64,000 bases of DNA from a virus, in IMG/VR virus record IMGVR_UViG_3300013306_000002, positions 1 to 64,000 of that record; one strand, given 5' to 3'. The notes under the pieces are model-generated. The model made no database searches and had not been told where the DNA came from. It saw only the letters and a list, made by a program, of their open reading frames with translations. Position numbers and translations under genes: made by a program. Below, one piece after another: positions 39,232 through 49,817 of this stretch (the stretch's first letter is position 1; each line of letters opens with the position of its first letter).

Positions 39232-39876
39232 ATGGCCAAGCCTTTTCTTGCGCAGGTCATCCAGGAGGTCACGATCGAGATCGTAACCGCGGATGGGGGG
39301 TCCGGGAAGATCGTCCTGGATCAGACACTGGGCCCCGGCAATGACACCGTCCAGATCACGACCGATCTGTTCTCCAAGGGCATCCTGGCACAGAACGACA
39401 CCCAAGCGTTCATTAGGATGCGCGGAGGGAACGGAGAGTGGAATCTGCTGAACGGCAACCTGGCGCTCAACACGAGCCAGTTGCTGGAGCTCGGTTCTGG
39501 GAACCTTGAGCAGAACATGGTGACCGTCAACAACTCGGTGGTTCTTAACCCGGCGAACGCCAACTACAACGAGTTCAACAACACCTCGGTCGGCGGCCTA
39601 AATGTCGTGTCGCGTGTCAACTTGTTCCCGGACGCTGGCGGAACATCGATCCAGTCCATCATTCTGAGCCCCGGCAACCCGAATCCCGACGGTCGGCAAC
39701 TGTGGTGGCAGAACATCGGCGTCACTTCCCTGACGTTCGTGAACCTGTCGGGCGCGGGCACCATTGGCGGTCTGATCTTGTGCCCGAACTCGGCCGACTT
39801 TGTGATCAGGCCCGGTGGCGGGATGGGCATGATGTTCGATGAGTCGTCGAATCTGTGGTTTGTGCGCGTAGCCTGA
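39232..39876 (+). CDS. Beta-rich putative structural protein
   Basis: Asn/Gly/Thr-rich; AGGAG SD; lies within the spike cluster. Confidence 0.6.
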   Translation: MAKPFLAQVIQEVTIEIVTADGGSGKIVLDQTLGPGNDTVQITTDLFSKGILAQNDTQAFIRMRGGNGEWNLLNGNLALNTSQLLELGSGNLEQNMVTVNNSVVLNPANANYNEFNNTSVGGLNVVSRVNLFPDAGGTSIQSIILSPGNPNPDGRQLWWQNIGVTSLTFVNLSGAGTIGGLILCPNSADFVIRPGGGMGMMFDESSNLWFVRVA

Positions 39877-39918
39877 GTCGTTGTCCGGCCGTTCGCTAAT
39901 CCACCGGCGACCCGCGAA

Positions 39919-41673
39919 TCAAGGGCGCTGGAAGACTCGGCTGCCGCTGCACCCTCCGCTGCCGGCCCCTCCGACATCATCGCCACCAGGCGTGCTGAGT
40001 CCGCTCGCGACATTGACGACGAACGGTGTCTGCAGATCGAATTGGTTCTTGGTCGGAACCAGGGTGCGAAAATCTACCCATGTCCTCACGGGTAGGGTTC
40101 CGACCTTCATATCGCCTCCGGTCCCTGTGATGTTTGTGGCGTCGTCGAGCACACGCACGAAGGCCCCATCATTCACACGGAGTCCAACCCCGCCGTTGCC
40201 GGTGCCTGTGACACCCGCTGTCTTAAGCATGACCAGATCTCGGACTGATAGTCCATCGCCGACGCTATCGTCGATTTGCACTTCCTGTAGAGAGTAAGCA
40301 CCGGCCTGAGAGGCAGCAAAACCATCACCCGTGCTGTTTCGTATCAGCACGTTCAGGAGTTCCCATCCACCAGGGAAAAGGGCGCCCTCGTTCGTTGCGA
40401 ATAGTCCTGGGCCCAACGCCGCACATCCATCGAGAACGACCTGTCGGAAGACTTGGCCGGGGCCACCGCTTATCCCAAAGCCGGAATCCAACAGGAGACT
40501 GCGCCGAGGAGTCCAGGACGATGCTTGCGCGAAGACGAAGTTGCGGATCACGTTGGACAGCGTCAGGCATTGCAACTGGACGCCAGACATGACCAAGCCG
40601 TCGATGTCGCAGAGCTCCGTGACTGGTAGAAGGGTGTTGGAGATCCCCAGCGACAGTTGAGCGTCGGACCCTCCGCCAGCGATCGTGAACTTGATCCCCT
40701 GAATGGCGAGGGATGGCGCCGCAGACACGTCGAAGCCGCTCCCGTCGCCTCCTGGCCCAGCGGATGCGAACACCGCGGACGGCTCGACGAGCGACAGCGT
40801 CTGACTCGTTACGTGACTCGGCGTATTGCACAAAAATAGATGGGTCGCGTCGGAGCCGTAAACGACGCAGTTGACCTGCGCGTCTCCGGCGCTGCCGATG
40901 ATCATGGCCGTCTTGGCGCCGTCGGCCGCCCACGAAGCGCGGGGCGGGGCCACCTGGACGGAGGTCAACCCAGGCCCAATCGATGTGATGGCGACGATAT
41001 CCCCGGCGGGCACGGTCGTGTCTGCTGAGGGGAGCCCACTGAACGAGCGGGGAGTCGCGCGAATATTGAGCGCTGCCAGCGCGGCAAAGGGGAGTGTCGA
41101 TGGATCCAGAAACAGATATTCCTGGACGGATGCTTGAAATGGTGGAAGTGCGTATCCAGTGACGGGGAACGGTTCGGTCAGGCCCGTCACATCGACGATA
41201 TAGGCGTAGCCAGCGGCAATCACGTTCGGAACCTGGAGGATCGCGTGTTTGAACGTCCGATAGGGATGCGCGAGCGAGCCGTCGCCTGTCTCATCGCTTC
41301 CGGTTGTTCGGGCGTAAATCGTGGTGACGACCGGGGTGTTGACCGGAAACGGCGGCGATGTGGTCGCTCCGGTGAGGAACGGCTGCGGATCAAGGTGCTG
41401 CGCGAGCGAGCCGTCATCCGGAGGACTACCGAATGAGCGCATCACCGGATGCAAGACCTCGCACCACGCCTGACAATCTCCGACGCCATCCGCGACGTTT
41501 CGTAGCGTCACCGTGGTCGTCGTCGCTGCGACCACCTCAAAGGTGTTCGGAAACTGCAAATCCACCCTGTCGGGCGTAAGGCGCCTGCCGTTGATCACCA
41601 GCCCATGGGCGATCTGTTGCGTACCGCCGATCGGAATCCCTGCAAATCTGATGATCGCGTAGAGCCTGTCCAT
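39919..41673 (-). CDS. Spike-like protein, family member 2 (beta-helix-like cargo)
   Basis: Shared anchor, then IYARTTGSDETGDGSLAHPYRTFKHAI, typical of the start of right-handed beta-helix proteins. Confidence 0.7.
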   Translation of the reverse strand: MDRLYAIIRFAGIPIGGTQQIAHGLVINGRRLTPDRVDLQFPNTFEVVAATTTTVTLRNVADGVGDCQAWCEVLHPVMRSFGSPPDDGSLAQHLDPQPFLTGATTSPPFPVNTPVVTTIYARTTGSDETGDGSLAHPYRTFKHAILQVPNVIAAGYAYIVDVTGLTEPFPVTGYALPPFQASVQEYLFLDPSTLPFAALAALNIRATPRSFSGLPSADTTVPAGDIVAITSIGPGLTSVQVAPPRASWAADGAKTAMIIGSAGDAQVNCVVYGSDATHLFLCNTPSHVTSQTLSLVEPSAVFASAGPGGDGSGFDVSAAPSLAIQGIKFTIAGGGSDAQLSLGISNTLLPVTELCDIDGLVMSGVQLQCLTLSNVIRNFVFAQASSWTPRRSLLLDSGFGISGGPGQVFRQVVLDGCAALGPGLFATNEGALFPGGWELLNVLIRNSTGDGFAASQAGAYSLQEVQIDDSVGDGLSVRDLVMLKTAGVTGTGNGGVGLRVNDGAFVRVLDDATNITGTGGDMKVGTLPVRTWVDFRTLVPTKNQFDLQTPFVVNVASGLSTPGGDDVGGAGSGGCSGSRVFQRP

Positions 41674-41798
41674 GCATGGATCATACAGTCATTCGCGAGC
41701 GTCCGTGTACGGGGAAACGCACCGGCAGGCGCGGTTGCGCTGATCGACGCGACCCACTTGGTTGGGCGGTGCGCGCGCGCGCGCGAGTTGGTTGGCCC

Positions 41799-44700
41799 CT
41801 AGAACCCGACCCAGCCTGCGTTGCCACTGTCACGCGCCCCGCGAAACAGAGCGATCTGCGCCATGATCCGGGGACCGTTGTGAGTAATTGTGGGCGCTGG
41901 CATGCTCGAGTTTAGCGCTCTGGCACCGAACAGTTGCATCTGGACACCCTGATTCACGCCGAACGCCCCAACGACCGGAGAATTGGGGAACTGGATCCAT
42001 TGCGGATCCGTGATCGCCGCGCCTGTGTCGCCTTCGTTGAGCATGATCATGACGACCCCAAGATCGTTCTCTGAGTGGGCGGGCCATGGTGGGGCAATGC
42101 TCACGTTGCCACCCTGCGTTCGAGGGCCATTCGCGACCCAGTGTGGTGGCACGGTAGGGACCTGAGGAGCCAGGGCGAACGTGTACGTGCCGTTGCCAAA
42201 CTCGCTTGAAACCGCGTTCTGCCGCACGGTCCCTACGCCGCTGCTTCCGAAGAGGGGCAGCACACCGGCTGCGGCGGCGAAGTCTCCACCGCCCCCGGTG
42301 TCCGTCTCTTGAGTGATCTGCGCGAAGCTAGCCAAGGGAGCGTTGGTCCACTGATCCCAGTCCGAGCTCCCGGCGCCGGGCACGGCCACCAGTGCCTGCA
42401 CAACAAGGCAGTTGTCGATCGTGGTCACAACAGCGTCCAGGTTGAGGATCTGCCCTGTGGCCTTGACGTCGCCCGCTCGATCCGTCTTCGCGGTGACGTT
42501 CACGGGGAGACCGCCGATTTCCTTGACATAGAAGGTCGACCCCGATCCACCGTCGCGGCGGTAGAAGGTGGAGGCCAGCGGAGCTGTGACGACGTTCTCG
42601 GGGGATCCGTAGCCTGAATACTGCTGGTGGGGCCCGTCGACCTCGATCCAGTAGCCGCTAGTCAACCCGCCCACGTTCTGGTTGACCGACTCGCCGGTCC
42701 GATTCCCGAACAGGACAAGCTTCTTGACCTGGGTCAGGACATCGAATGCCCCGGCCTGGTTGTCGAAGAAGACGCAGTCGGTGCACGTCGGCACCGGCTG
42801 GTTGTCGTAGGCGAAGTTGTTGCACACGGACAGGTACTTGATGGACGGCGGGCTGAACAGGAATACGTGGATCCCGTGGGGGTTCGCGCCGCGGATCGTG
42901 TTGCCCTCGATGTTCACCCGCAAGTCGTTGAAGAACACCCCCCAGTCGCTGGTGGTGGTCAGATGGATGCCGTAGCGTCCGGCGGTTTGCCCGTCGCTCG
43001 CCACGCAGTCGAGGGTGTTGCCGACAACGCTGACGACGCCGCCGGTCGGCTGAATCGTGAAGGCCGCTGCGGGCGGCGTCGACTGCGGCTGTCCGCCGGA
43101 GTCCGTCCAGCCGTGGATTCCGTCGTTGTGCCACGTCGCCAGGGTAAGTGTGTCGCTCGTGTTGGAGAAGACGGTGGCCACGACCCCACCAGACACCACT
43201 TGGTGTCCCAGGAACTCGTTGGCGGTCCAGCCAGCTCCCGTTTGGACCAGCGTGGTATTCGTGATCGCGGTGGCGACCCCGGCGAAGCCAGCGCCGCCGC
43301 CCGGCGAGGCCACGTAGATCCCGTCCACCCCTCCTCGCGCATGGACGGTGTTGCCCCGAATGGTGACATTCGCTGACTGCGTCTCGGAGACAGCATCCAC
43401 CACGAGCCGGAACACTTCGATGCCGCCCCGGTTGGCATCGTTCGTCTGGCCGTTGCGCATGTAGACGTAGTTGTCCAGGATCCAGATGTCGTCGCAGAAC
43501 TCCGTGAGGAACACGGGTGCGTCCGAGCCAGAGACGAAGTCGCTGATGACCGTGTTGCCAGCGAACTGCACGTCGATGGCGTCCGAGATGAGAACCGATC
43601 CATAGATCCGACAGCGGTTCACCCGGTAGTCCTGCGCATAGTTCCAAAAGGCCGGGGTCCCTGCGGCCCCACCCGAGATGCTCAAGGCCTCCTTCGACAG
43701 ATCCCGAAATTCGTCCCACCATAGGGACAGCACGCAGTCCTCGATGACGATCTTCACGACCTGTGCTTCGACTGGCTCGGTGTCGATTGCGGTCGTGATG
43801 ATGTTGGTGAAGTTGCAGTGCTCGAAGCGACCGTCGGTCACGTAGATCAGGGATGCGCCGTTGCGGGCGCACATGTCGAAGGTGCAGTCGCGAACTACGA
43901 CCCCCTGCGTGCCGCCGATGGCCCCCGACTCGCCGCCGCTTGAGCCATCGCCGCCCAGCCAGAGCCCGTCACCGTACGCCTGGCTGAAGGTGACGCGGTT
44001 GATCTTGAGGTTGCGGATGTCGCCCCCCACGGCATGGGAGAAGATCAGGTGGTTGTGGGGGTCGCGCTGGGTGGGTTGGTTGATACCGTTGGCCGGATTC
44101 CACACGCCGTCGCCGGTGTGCATGGTGCCGGTGCCACCGGACGCGCCCGTGAAGGTGGTCGGCGTCTTGCCGGTGTACGTGACGATCTGATCCCCGTCGA
44201 GTTGCGTGCCGATGACAATCTGACCTGAGCTCGGAAACGTGGTCGTGCTGGCGACGTTGATAACGGCCTGGGGCAGAACGGCGCCATCGCTGGCAACCGT
44301 GATGTGCGTGTTGCCAGGGCTCAGCAAGCCCACAGGGTCACCGATGCGACCCAGATCGCCGTTGCCGCGCAGCGTGCCGGTGCCACCGGACGCGCCCGTG
44401 AAGGAGGTGGCGGTCTTTCCGGTATACGTGATGGTCTGCGCGCCGCCGGGCAGGATGATGAGCACCGTGCCGGACGACGGGAAACCCGCCGTGCTGGCGA
44501 CGTTGATAACGGCCTGGGGCAGCACGGCGCCGTCGCTGGCGGACGCCACTGTCGTGACGGCGTTGCCCCAGTTCCCGTTGAGCTCGAGATCCGCGATCTC
44601 CATGTTCGTTCCGCCAGAGATCTCGAGCAGGGAGCAGGAACTCGCGCCGGCGGCGACGTTCGCCACCTGCTTGATTACCGAGTGCCCGAGCACGCCGTAC

Positions 44701-45248
44701 ATGGCCACGTTGTCGCCGCGGATCAGGAGGCAATGGAAGGTGCCGGGTGCCCGGCTCACCATGTAGATGCCTGGCGGAAAGTAGATGGGTCCAGCGCCGC
44801 CGGTCAGAATGGCCAGATCGATCGCCGCCTGGATGGGGGCGCGGTCATCGGCGATGCCGTTGCCGACCGCTCCCAGCGTCTTCACGTTGATCACAATGGG
44901 AGGCGTCGGGGGCCCGAAGTTGGCGGCCCCGGACTTCATCACGAAGGGACGGGGCGTCAGATGCAGCGCCAGTGACCCGTCATCGGGCGCGAGCCCGAAC
45001 GACCGCTCGATGGGATGCCACACCTCCGCGAGAACCAGGATGGTGCCCGGCGCCGCCCCGTCGTTCCGCACGCTCAGGTTCGCCGTGTCGCTGGAGACCA
45101 GGGCGAAGTTGCCGCTGTCATCCCCCGCAAACCCCAGGTGGTCGGGCGCGCGAGCGACGCCGTTCATCACCAATCCATGCGGAAGCGTTGCCGTCGCCCC
45201 CGCGGGGACGGCAACGAAGGCAACATACTTCTTGATGGCGTCCAGCAA
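41799..45248 (-). CDS. Large spike/depolymerase, family member 3 (pectate-lyase-like beta-helix)
   Basis: Shared anchor; INVKTLGAVGNGIADDRAPIQAAID..IYFPPGIY; PbH1-like repeats; YSGYGSPENVVTAPLASTFYRRDGGSGSTFYVKE tailspike-type segment. Confidence 0.8.
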   Translation of the reverse strand: MLDAIKKYVAFVAVPAGATATLPHGLVMNGVARAPDHLGFAGDDSGNFALVSSDTANLSVRNDGAAPGTILVLAEVWHPIERSFGLAPDDGSLALHLTPRPFVMKSGAANFGPPTPPIVINVKTLGAVGNGIADDRAPIQAAIDLAILTGGAGPIYFPPGIYMVSRAPGTFHCLLIRGDNVAMYGVLGHSVIKQVANVAAGASSCSLLEISGGTNMEIADLELNGNWGNAVTTVASASDGAVLPQAVINVASTAGFPSSGTVLIILPGGAQTITYTGKTATSFTGASGGTGTLRGNGDLGRIGDPVGLLSPGNTHITVASDGAVLPQAVINVASTTTFPSSGQIVIGTQLDGDQIVTYTGKTPTTFTGASGGTGTMHTGDGVWNPANGINQPTQRDPHNHLIFSHAVGGDIRNLKINRVTFSQAYGDGLWLGGDGSSGGESGAIGGTQGVVVRDCTFDMCARNGASLIYVTDGRFEHCNFTNIITTAIDTEPVEAQVVKIVIEDCVLSLWWDEFRDLSKEALSISGGAAGTPAFWNYAQDYRVNRCRIYGSVLISDAIDVQFAGNTVISDFVSGSDAPVFLTEFCDDIWILDNYVYMRNGQTNDANRGGIEVFRLVVDAVSETQSANVTIRGNTVHARGGVDGIYVASPGGGAGFAGVATAITNTTLVQTGAGWTANEFLGHQVVSGGVVATVFSNTSDTLTLATWHNDGIHGWTDSGGQPQSTPPAAAFTIQPTGGVVSVVGNTLDCVASDGQTAGRYGIHLTTTSDWGVFFNDLRVNIEGNTIRGANPHGIHVFLFSPPSIKYLSVCNNFAYDNQPVPTCTDCVFFDNQAGAFDVLTQVKKLVLFGNRTGESVNQNVGGLTSGYWIEVDGPHQQYSGYGSPENVVTAPLASTFYRRDGGSGSTFYVKEIGGLPVNVTAKTDRAGDVKATGQILNLDAVVTTIDNCLVVQALVAVPGAGSSDWDQWTNAPLASFAQITQETDTGGGGDFAAAAGVLPLFGSSGVGTVRQNAVSSEFGNGTYTFALAPQVPTVPPHWVANGPRTQGGNVSIAPPWPAHSENDLGVVMIMLNEGDTGAAITDPQWIQFPNSPVVGAFGVNQGVQMQLFGARALNSSMPAPTITHNGPRIMAQIALFRGARDSGNAGWVGF
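44125..44545 (-). repeat. Internal duplication of about 55 aa in the spike gene
   Basis: ASDGAVLPQAVINVAST..FPSSG...TYTGKT.T.FTGASGGTGT occurs twice. Confidence 0.8.
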
Positions 45249-45318
45249 TCTCGACCCCCAGTGAATAGGTGAGGCAAGCCTACCAGCGGCGACCCGGAAC
45301 CGTCAGGGATTTCTCGGG

Positions 45319-45585
45319 TCAGGCGGTCGGGCTAGTCGTCCGCCACAGCCCGCGAACCAACTCGATCTTGCCAGCCTGCTTTAGGCGCTGGAGCGCCTCA
45401 CCGACGTAGCGGTAGTCGGGCTTCTCCTCGGGAAGCCCCTTGAGGGCCTCCATGACGATAGGGGCGGCCATGATCACGCCAGCACGGTCGGGGCCATAGG
45501 ATCGGATCACCGCCAGAACGGCCTCGTCCATCTTCTGCCGTTGCTCATCGGTCAACGTTACAGCGGGCGCGCGATTTCTTCTCAT
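45319..45585 (-). CDS. Small winged-helix-like protein
   Basis: VGEALQRLKQAGKIELVRGLW; GGAGG SD. Confidence 0.5.
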   Translation of the reverse strand: MRRNRAPAVTLTDEQRQKMDEAVLAVIRSYGPDRAGVIMAAPIVMEALKGLPEEKPDYRYVGEALQRLKQAGKIELVRGLWRTTSPTA

Positions 45586-45629
45586 TGAAACCTCCCCAAG
45601 CGGAGGGGAGCGTTTGAGCGGAGGGCGCT

Positions 45630-46259
45630 TCATATGCGCATTGGCATGATCAGAAACTTCACTCCGGCCGTGTTCTCGAAGACCATGGCGCCCAGGCGGT
45701 CCTTGCTCCAGGCGACGACCTTCACGCCTCGCATGCCCGGATCGCATGTTTGGTTGGTGACCTCCGCTATGTCGGCAAGGTAGTTCGGGTCCAGGCCGTA
45801 CCCCTCAGGGCCATCGGACTCCTGTTTGGAGGAGATCTTGACCACGTCCTCATAGGACGGAAACGCCCTGGCGTCAGCCGCTGGAACGAGCAGGCCGATC
45901 TCGGGCCTTCGGGAATCAAGGCCGAGTCGAATGAGCGATGGTGAGAATACCTTGAGCGAAGGATCGACGTCGACCGGGGCGAGCGTGATCTCCTGGCCGT
46001 CTTTCATGGCGCGCTGAGCGGCAACGGCCGCTAACAGGTACCCGCGGGCCACGCCGAGAGTCAGACCGAAGGTCTCGCATGGAGCGATCACCATTCGATG
46101 GCCATCGACCGCCACCATAACCCCCTTTGAAAAGAACACCTGGTGGAGATGGGGTCTAGTCTCGTCCGTGCCGGTCCACCTCGCGACAGATTCGAGCACG
46201 TTGGTGGGAACGGAAATCACAGCAGTCTTGGTTACGGATGTTGGCTTGGTCTTTGTCAC
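45630..46259 (-). CDS. DNA polymerase III beta-clamp-like protein (partial, two domains)
   Basis: DETRPHLHQV, VAVDGHRM, FPSYEDVV, LDPNYLAD and LIMPMRI match DnaN motifs. Confidence 0.7.
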   Translation of the reverse strand: MTKTKPTSVTKTAVISVPTNVLESVARWTGTDETRPHLHQVFFSKGVMVAVDGHRMVIAPCETFGLTLGVARGYLLAAVAAQRAMKDGQEITLAPVDVDPSLKVFSPSLIRLGLDSRRPEIGLLVPAADARAFPSYEDVVKISSKQESDGPEGYGLDPNYLADIAEVTNQTCDPGMRGVKVVAWSKDRLGAMVFENTAGVKFLIMPMRI

Positions 46260-46384
46260 GATCTCATCTCCTTGGTTGGGTCGTTCGGGGCACGGACAAC
46301 CCACGCAGATGAACGCGAGCTCGCGTCCAGCGTGCTGATGTCCGCACTTGGGGCACTTCGTAGCCTGCACGGTGAACGTTGGGA

Positions 46385-47482
46385 TCACGGTCTCGTCTCC
46401 TTGGTGTTGGGAAACGCGCGGTGCTGGACACCGTCAAGATAGGGGAGGCCGATGATGCCACCGGCCTTGCGCTTGGAGCCCGGCCCCGCGGTGACGATGT
46501 CGGTGAAGCGAGTGCGGTCGATCGGCGACACCGCCTTGATGATCTCGGGTGGCGAGCTCGATGGTGCAACGCATCCCTTCTTGACCTCTCGAACTTGCTT
46601 GAGGAAGTACGGCACCCCGGCCTCCTTGCACTGGTCACGCAGGCGCCTGTACCAGTCGACCTCGGCGGGGCGGGCGCCGGGGCCGCTCTCGCAGCCCGCG
46701 ATGACCCAGTCAATGCGGTTCCAGTCATTCTCGATCGGATAGTGCGTCCTGCCGGCGAGCGCGTTGCTATGAAACACGCTGCTCGGAGCAACGCTCGTGA
46801 GATCGAGGGGCCCGAGCAGGGGCTCACAACTCAGGAACCGAACGGCGGCAGGCGTCCGCAGTAGCCACTGGACCCGCTCGTCGGCTGCGTCCTGGTTCTC
46901 GACCGAAACCCCCAGCCACACATTGGGCAGCGGCCATGGAACATCGACGACCGAGGGCATTGCTTGCTCGGGCAGATGAGCATTCGCGCGCTCATAGCAG
47001 TGAAACACACACAACGAGGCGCGCGCGTCATGGATGCTGGTCGCGCAGTCGCGCCCTGACCAGTCAAGGGCAGCACTCTCGATCTCGTTGTCAAGCCACG
47101 CGAACCACTCGCGCATCCGCTTGGCGCGCTTCGTCAAGATCTGGAACGTGTGCTGCGGGCATGCTGCCATAATCCCGAACACTGCCGCGATCTCCTCGTT
47201 CGTGAACTCCTCGTAGAAGAGGTCGGACATCGAGTTCACGAAGATCCGCCGGGGCCTCTTCCAGTGCAGCGGTTTGGCTAACTTTCCAGTGTCAAGCCTG
47301 CCCTCTCCTGTCCAGATGGCGCGCTTGTTCTTGCCGATGGTCACTAGGCCGTGGTAGCGCTCTCCCGGTTTGGCGAACCGGCCCGCGAGCCGCATGGCGT
47401 AACAGTTGGCGCACCCCGGCGAGCACACCTTGCAGCCATCGGTGGGATTCCATGTCTCGTCCGTCCACTCGATCTCGCTCAC
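46385..47482 (-). CDS. Phage Gp37/Gp68 (DUF5131) family protein
   Basis: IEWTDETWNP..GC...SPGCANCYA, IFVNSMSDLF, HTFQILTKR, NVWLGVSVE, FLSCEPLLG, DWVIAGCESG. Confidence 0.9.
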   Translation of the reverse strand: MSEIEWTDETWNPTDGCKVCSPGCANCYAMRLAGRFAKPGERYHGLVTIGKNKRAIWTGEGRLDTGKLAKPLHWKRPRRIFVNSMSDLFYEEFTNEEIAAVFGIMAACPQHTFQILTKRAKRMREWFAWLDNEIESAALDWSGRDCATSIHDARASLCVFHCYERANAHLPEQAMPSVVDVPWPLPNVWLGVSVENQDAADERVQWLLRTPAAVRFLSCEPLLGPLDLTSVAPSSVFHSNALAGRTHYPIENDWNRIDWVIAGCESGPGARPAEVDWYRRLRDQCKEAGVPYFLKQVREVKKGCVAPSSSPPEIIKAVSPIDRTRFTDIVTAGPGSKRKAGGIIGLPYLDGVQHRAFPNTKETRP

Positions 47483-47843
47483 GAAAGCCTCGCGCGGTGC
47501 ATGGCATGGAAACAACGACACATTCCGTCTGCCCCCCGAAATCGCTGAAGCGGTCGCCTACCACAGGTGCCACACCGATGGCGATTGCAGCAGCAATGCA
47601 GGTAGTGAAGCCCTGTTGTCGGGCACGCCCAGTTGGCCGGAATGTACGGAAACCGCACTGACAAGGAGCCTGTGCGCAGTGAGAAGATCCCGTGCCTGAA
47701 CGGGCACCAACAGAACGTTCCTGGCACCGACGGGAATCCTGATAGACACACCCCATCATAGTCGTGTGCGTGATGATGTCCGCAATCGGGGCACCACCTT
47801 TCGCAGAGACCCGACTCCGCCCGCTTGTCGATCTGCCAGTCCA

Positions 47844-48701
47844 TCACCCCTCCTCCTTCCTGAAGGTATACGCCCACACCCAGGGGTTCTGGTCCCAGGG
47901 CGACGGGCCCGGCTTGAGATTCCAATTCGGACCGGTGTGGATGCAGTTCCACGCATTCGCGAACGCGTCTCGGGGACCGCGGAGGCACTCCTCGTCGTTA
48001 TTCGATGGCCCGTAGTGCCAACCTGCCCGTTGCTCTCGGTACTGGTCGCGGCCGTAGTTAGTGAACGTCACGCCCTCCGCAATGGCGTCCTCATCGGTGA
48101 TGTCCTGCAGGTGCATCAGCCGAGCTTGAATAGGGATGAGGTTGGTGCGCGATGCCCAACGCGGCATGAAGATCCCGGGGCGCCAGTGGTCGCCGTATTT
48201 TCCGTTGTCGTGCGCAACGACCCACTGCCCTGCGCCTCTCTGGCTGTTCTCGATCCGCACGAACGCGCCGTCAAAGAAGCGAACGCCGTCGGTCCCGTCC
48301 TTGAGTTCCTCCGCACGCCATCTCTCGCGCACCCACAGCCGCTGCTCGCCGACCGGAGTGATAGTCCAGACCTTCTTGTCGTTGCCGTGGTCCGCGAGGT
48401 GCGTTGTGCCATCCACCAGCGGGCACCGGAAGTGGAACTCGCCGGTCTTCAGCCCGAGAGATTCGCCGGTCTTCAGGATCAGGAACACCGCGCCCTGAGG
48501 GTTCAGGCGAACTCGATACCGGCCCTTCTGGGCGACCCGGCGTTCGCTCGCGGGCATCTCGTACCAAAGGTCAGACCGCACTGTTGCTGGCAGGTCGACG
48601 CTCAGGTGATCCAGATCCACGACCCGCCGAGTCTGGGTCTTGGTGCCATCCATCACCATCGGGATGGATGGGCCAGTGAACAGGATGGGGCGCTCCTTCA
48701 C
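47844..48701 (-). CDS. ASCH/PUA-like phage protein
   Basis: KERPILF...GTKTQTRR, LWVRE, WRPGIFMPRWASR, LQDIT.EDAIAEG, NPWVW. Confidence 0.75.
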   Translation of the reverse strand: MKERPILFTGPSIPMVMDGTKTQTRRVVDLDHLSVDLPATVRSDLWYEMPASERRVAQKGRYRVRLNPQGAVFLILKTGESLGLKTGEFHFRCPLVDGTTHLADHGNDKKVWTITPVGEQRLWVRERWRAEELKDGTDGVRFFDGAFVRIENSQRGAGQWVVAHDNGKYGDHWRPGIFMPRWASRTNLIPIQARLMHLQDITDEDAIAEGVTFTNYGRDQYREQRAGWHYGPSNNDEECLRGPRDAFANAWNCIHTGPNWNLKPGPSPWDQNPWVWAYTFRKEEG

Positions 48702-49062
48702 GGCCCCGCCAACTCCTCGGCCACGACCGAGAAGAACGCCCAGCGGTCATCATCGGGCACCCCGTGGACGTTCTTGCGTCGCCAGTGCCTATTGTTGAAC
48801 TCGCGCTGCAAACGTCGCGCGACGCGCTGGGCGTCGGAGAGTTCCAGGTCTGCGCATAGGTCGTTCAAACTTAGGCCCGAAGGGACATATCGCGCCAGCG
48901 CTGCGCTGCGATCGGCGTCGCTGACCTCGACGGTGTGCGATCCGGCGTACCACTTACCCGTCCACATCTCGTGGTCGGTTCCCGGATCGTCGATGTCGGC
49001 CTTCCAGTCGTCGGGCCACCGGGAACGCTCCTTCTGCAGTTCCACGATGCTTGGCTTATCGC

Positions 49063-49569
49063 TCATGATCTCCCCCATGTGGTCCATCTCGTCAGGTGCG
49101 CAAAGACCTTGGTGAACCTCTCCGGCCTGGGTCCGAAGTAGGTCAGCGCCGGCTCGAACCGGCAACTCATGCGCTTCTGCCCGGCCTGGTCGGCGAACGG
49201 ATCCAGGAACGCGATCCGCTTGAGCGCCAGGATGCGCGGGTTGCGTCTGGGCTTCATGCACATGTCCGCCCACCACTTCGCCGACGTCGAAAACATCGAC
49301 AGCCGGATGTGCTCTCGCACGTTGCCGGTGGCGAGCTCGGCCAGCATCTTGGCGGTCCATGTATCCGCCTGGGAATACGGGTCATTCTGGTACCCGGTAC
49401 GCTTGGGCGTCCGCCAGGGCGCGACCAGCCCACCCGAGGTCAGGGCCACGACCGCCCGGATGATGGAGCGGTTATTCGAGCAAGGGTCGATGCCCACCTG
49501 TCCCCCGAAGAACTCCTCGAGCGGATCGGCGATCGCGGGCGGCGAGCACCACCAGTCGGACGTGGCCAT
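49063..49569 (-). CDS. Phage Dam-like N6-adenine methyltransferase (NDPY variant)
   Basis: DWWCSPP, IDPCS, NDPY in place of NPPY, RIAFLD. Confidence 0.55.
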   Translation of the reverse strand: MATSDWWCSPPAIADPLEEFFGGQVGIDPCSNNRSIIRAVVALTSGGLVAPWRTPKRTGYQNDPYSQADTWTAKMLAELATGNVREHIRLSMFSTSAKWWADMCMKPRRNPRILALKRIAFLDPFADQAGQKRMSCRFEPALTYFGPRPERFTKVFAHLTRWTTWGRS

Positions 49570-49809
49570 CTACCGCATCTTTCCAGTGGCAAGTAGGTGG
49601 TTCAGCAAGGCCACCAGTCCCGGCATTACCCGGGCGTACATCTCGTTCTCGCTGAGGAGATCGCGACTTCGCGCCACCGCTGCCTCGCGCTCCTGCTCAA
49701 GCTCTCGGATTCGCTTCTGCAAAGGGAATTCAAGGCGCTCGAGCTGGTTACGTAGGTCCCGGTTGGCCTGCAGCGCGTCTGCCAACTGGTCGCGTCGTCT
49801 GGGTGGCAT
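49570..49809 (-). CDS. Coiled-coil protein
   Basis: 79 aa with heptad pattern; directly upstream of the methyltransferase. Confidence 0.5.
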   Translation of the reverse strand: MPPRRRDQLADALQANRDLRNQLERLEFPLQKRIRELEQEREAAVARSRDLLSENEMYARVMPGLVALLNHLLATGKMR

Positions 49810-49817
49810 CTGAACTC

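Noticed and set aside
41771-41785. Alternating GC run (possible Z-DNA)
   Set aside because: Short, and unremarkable at this GC content
41799-45248. Tailspike as evidence of a tailed phage
   Set aside because: Beta-helix receptor-binding domains are shared across virus types, and no tail or head-tail genes were found in the window; the flanks are unseen
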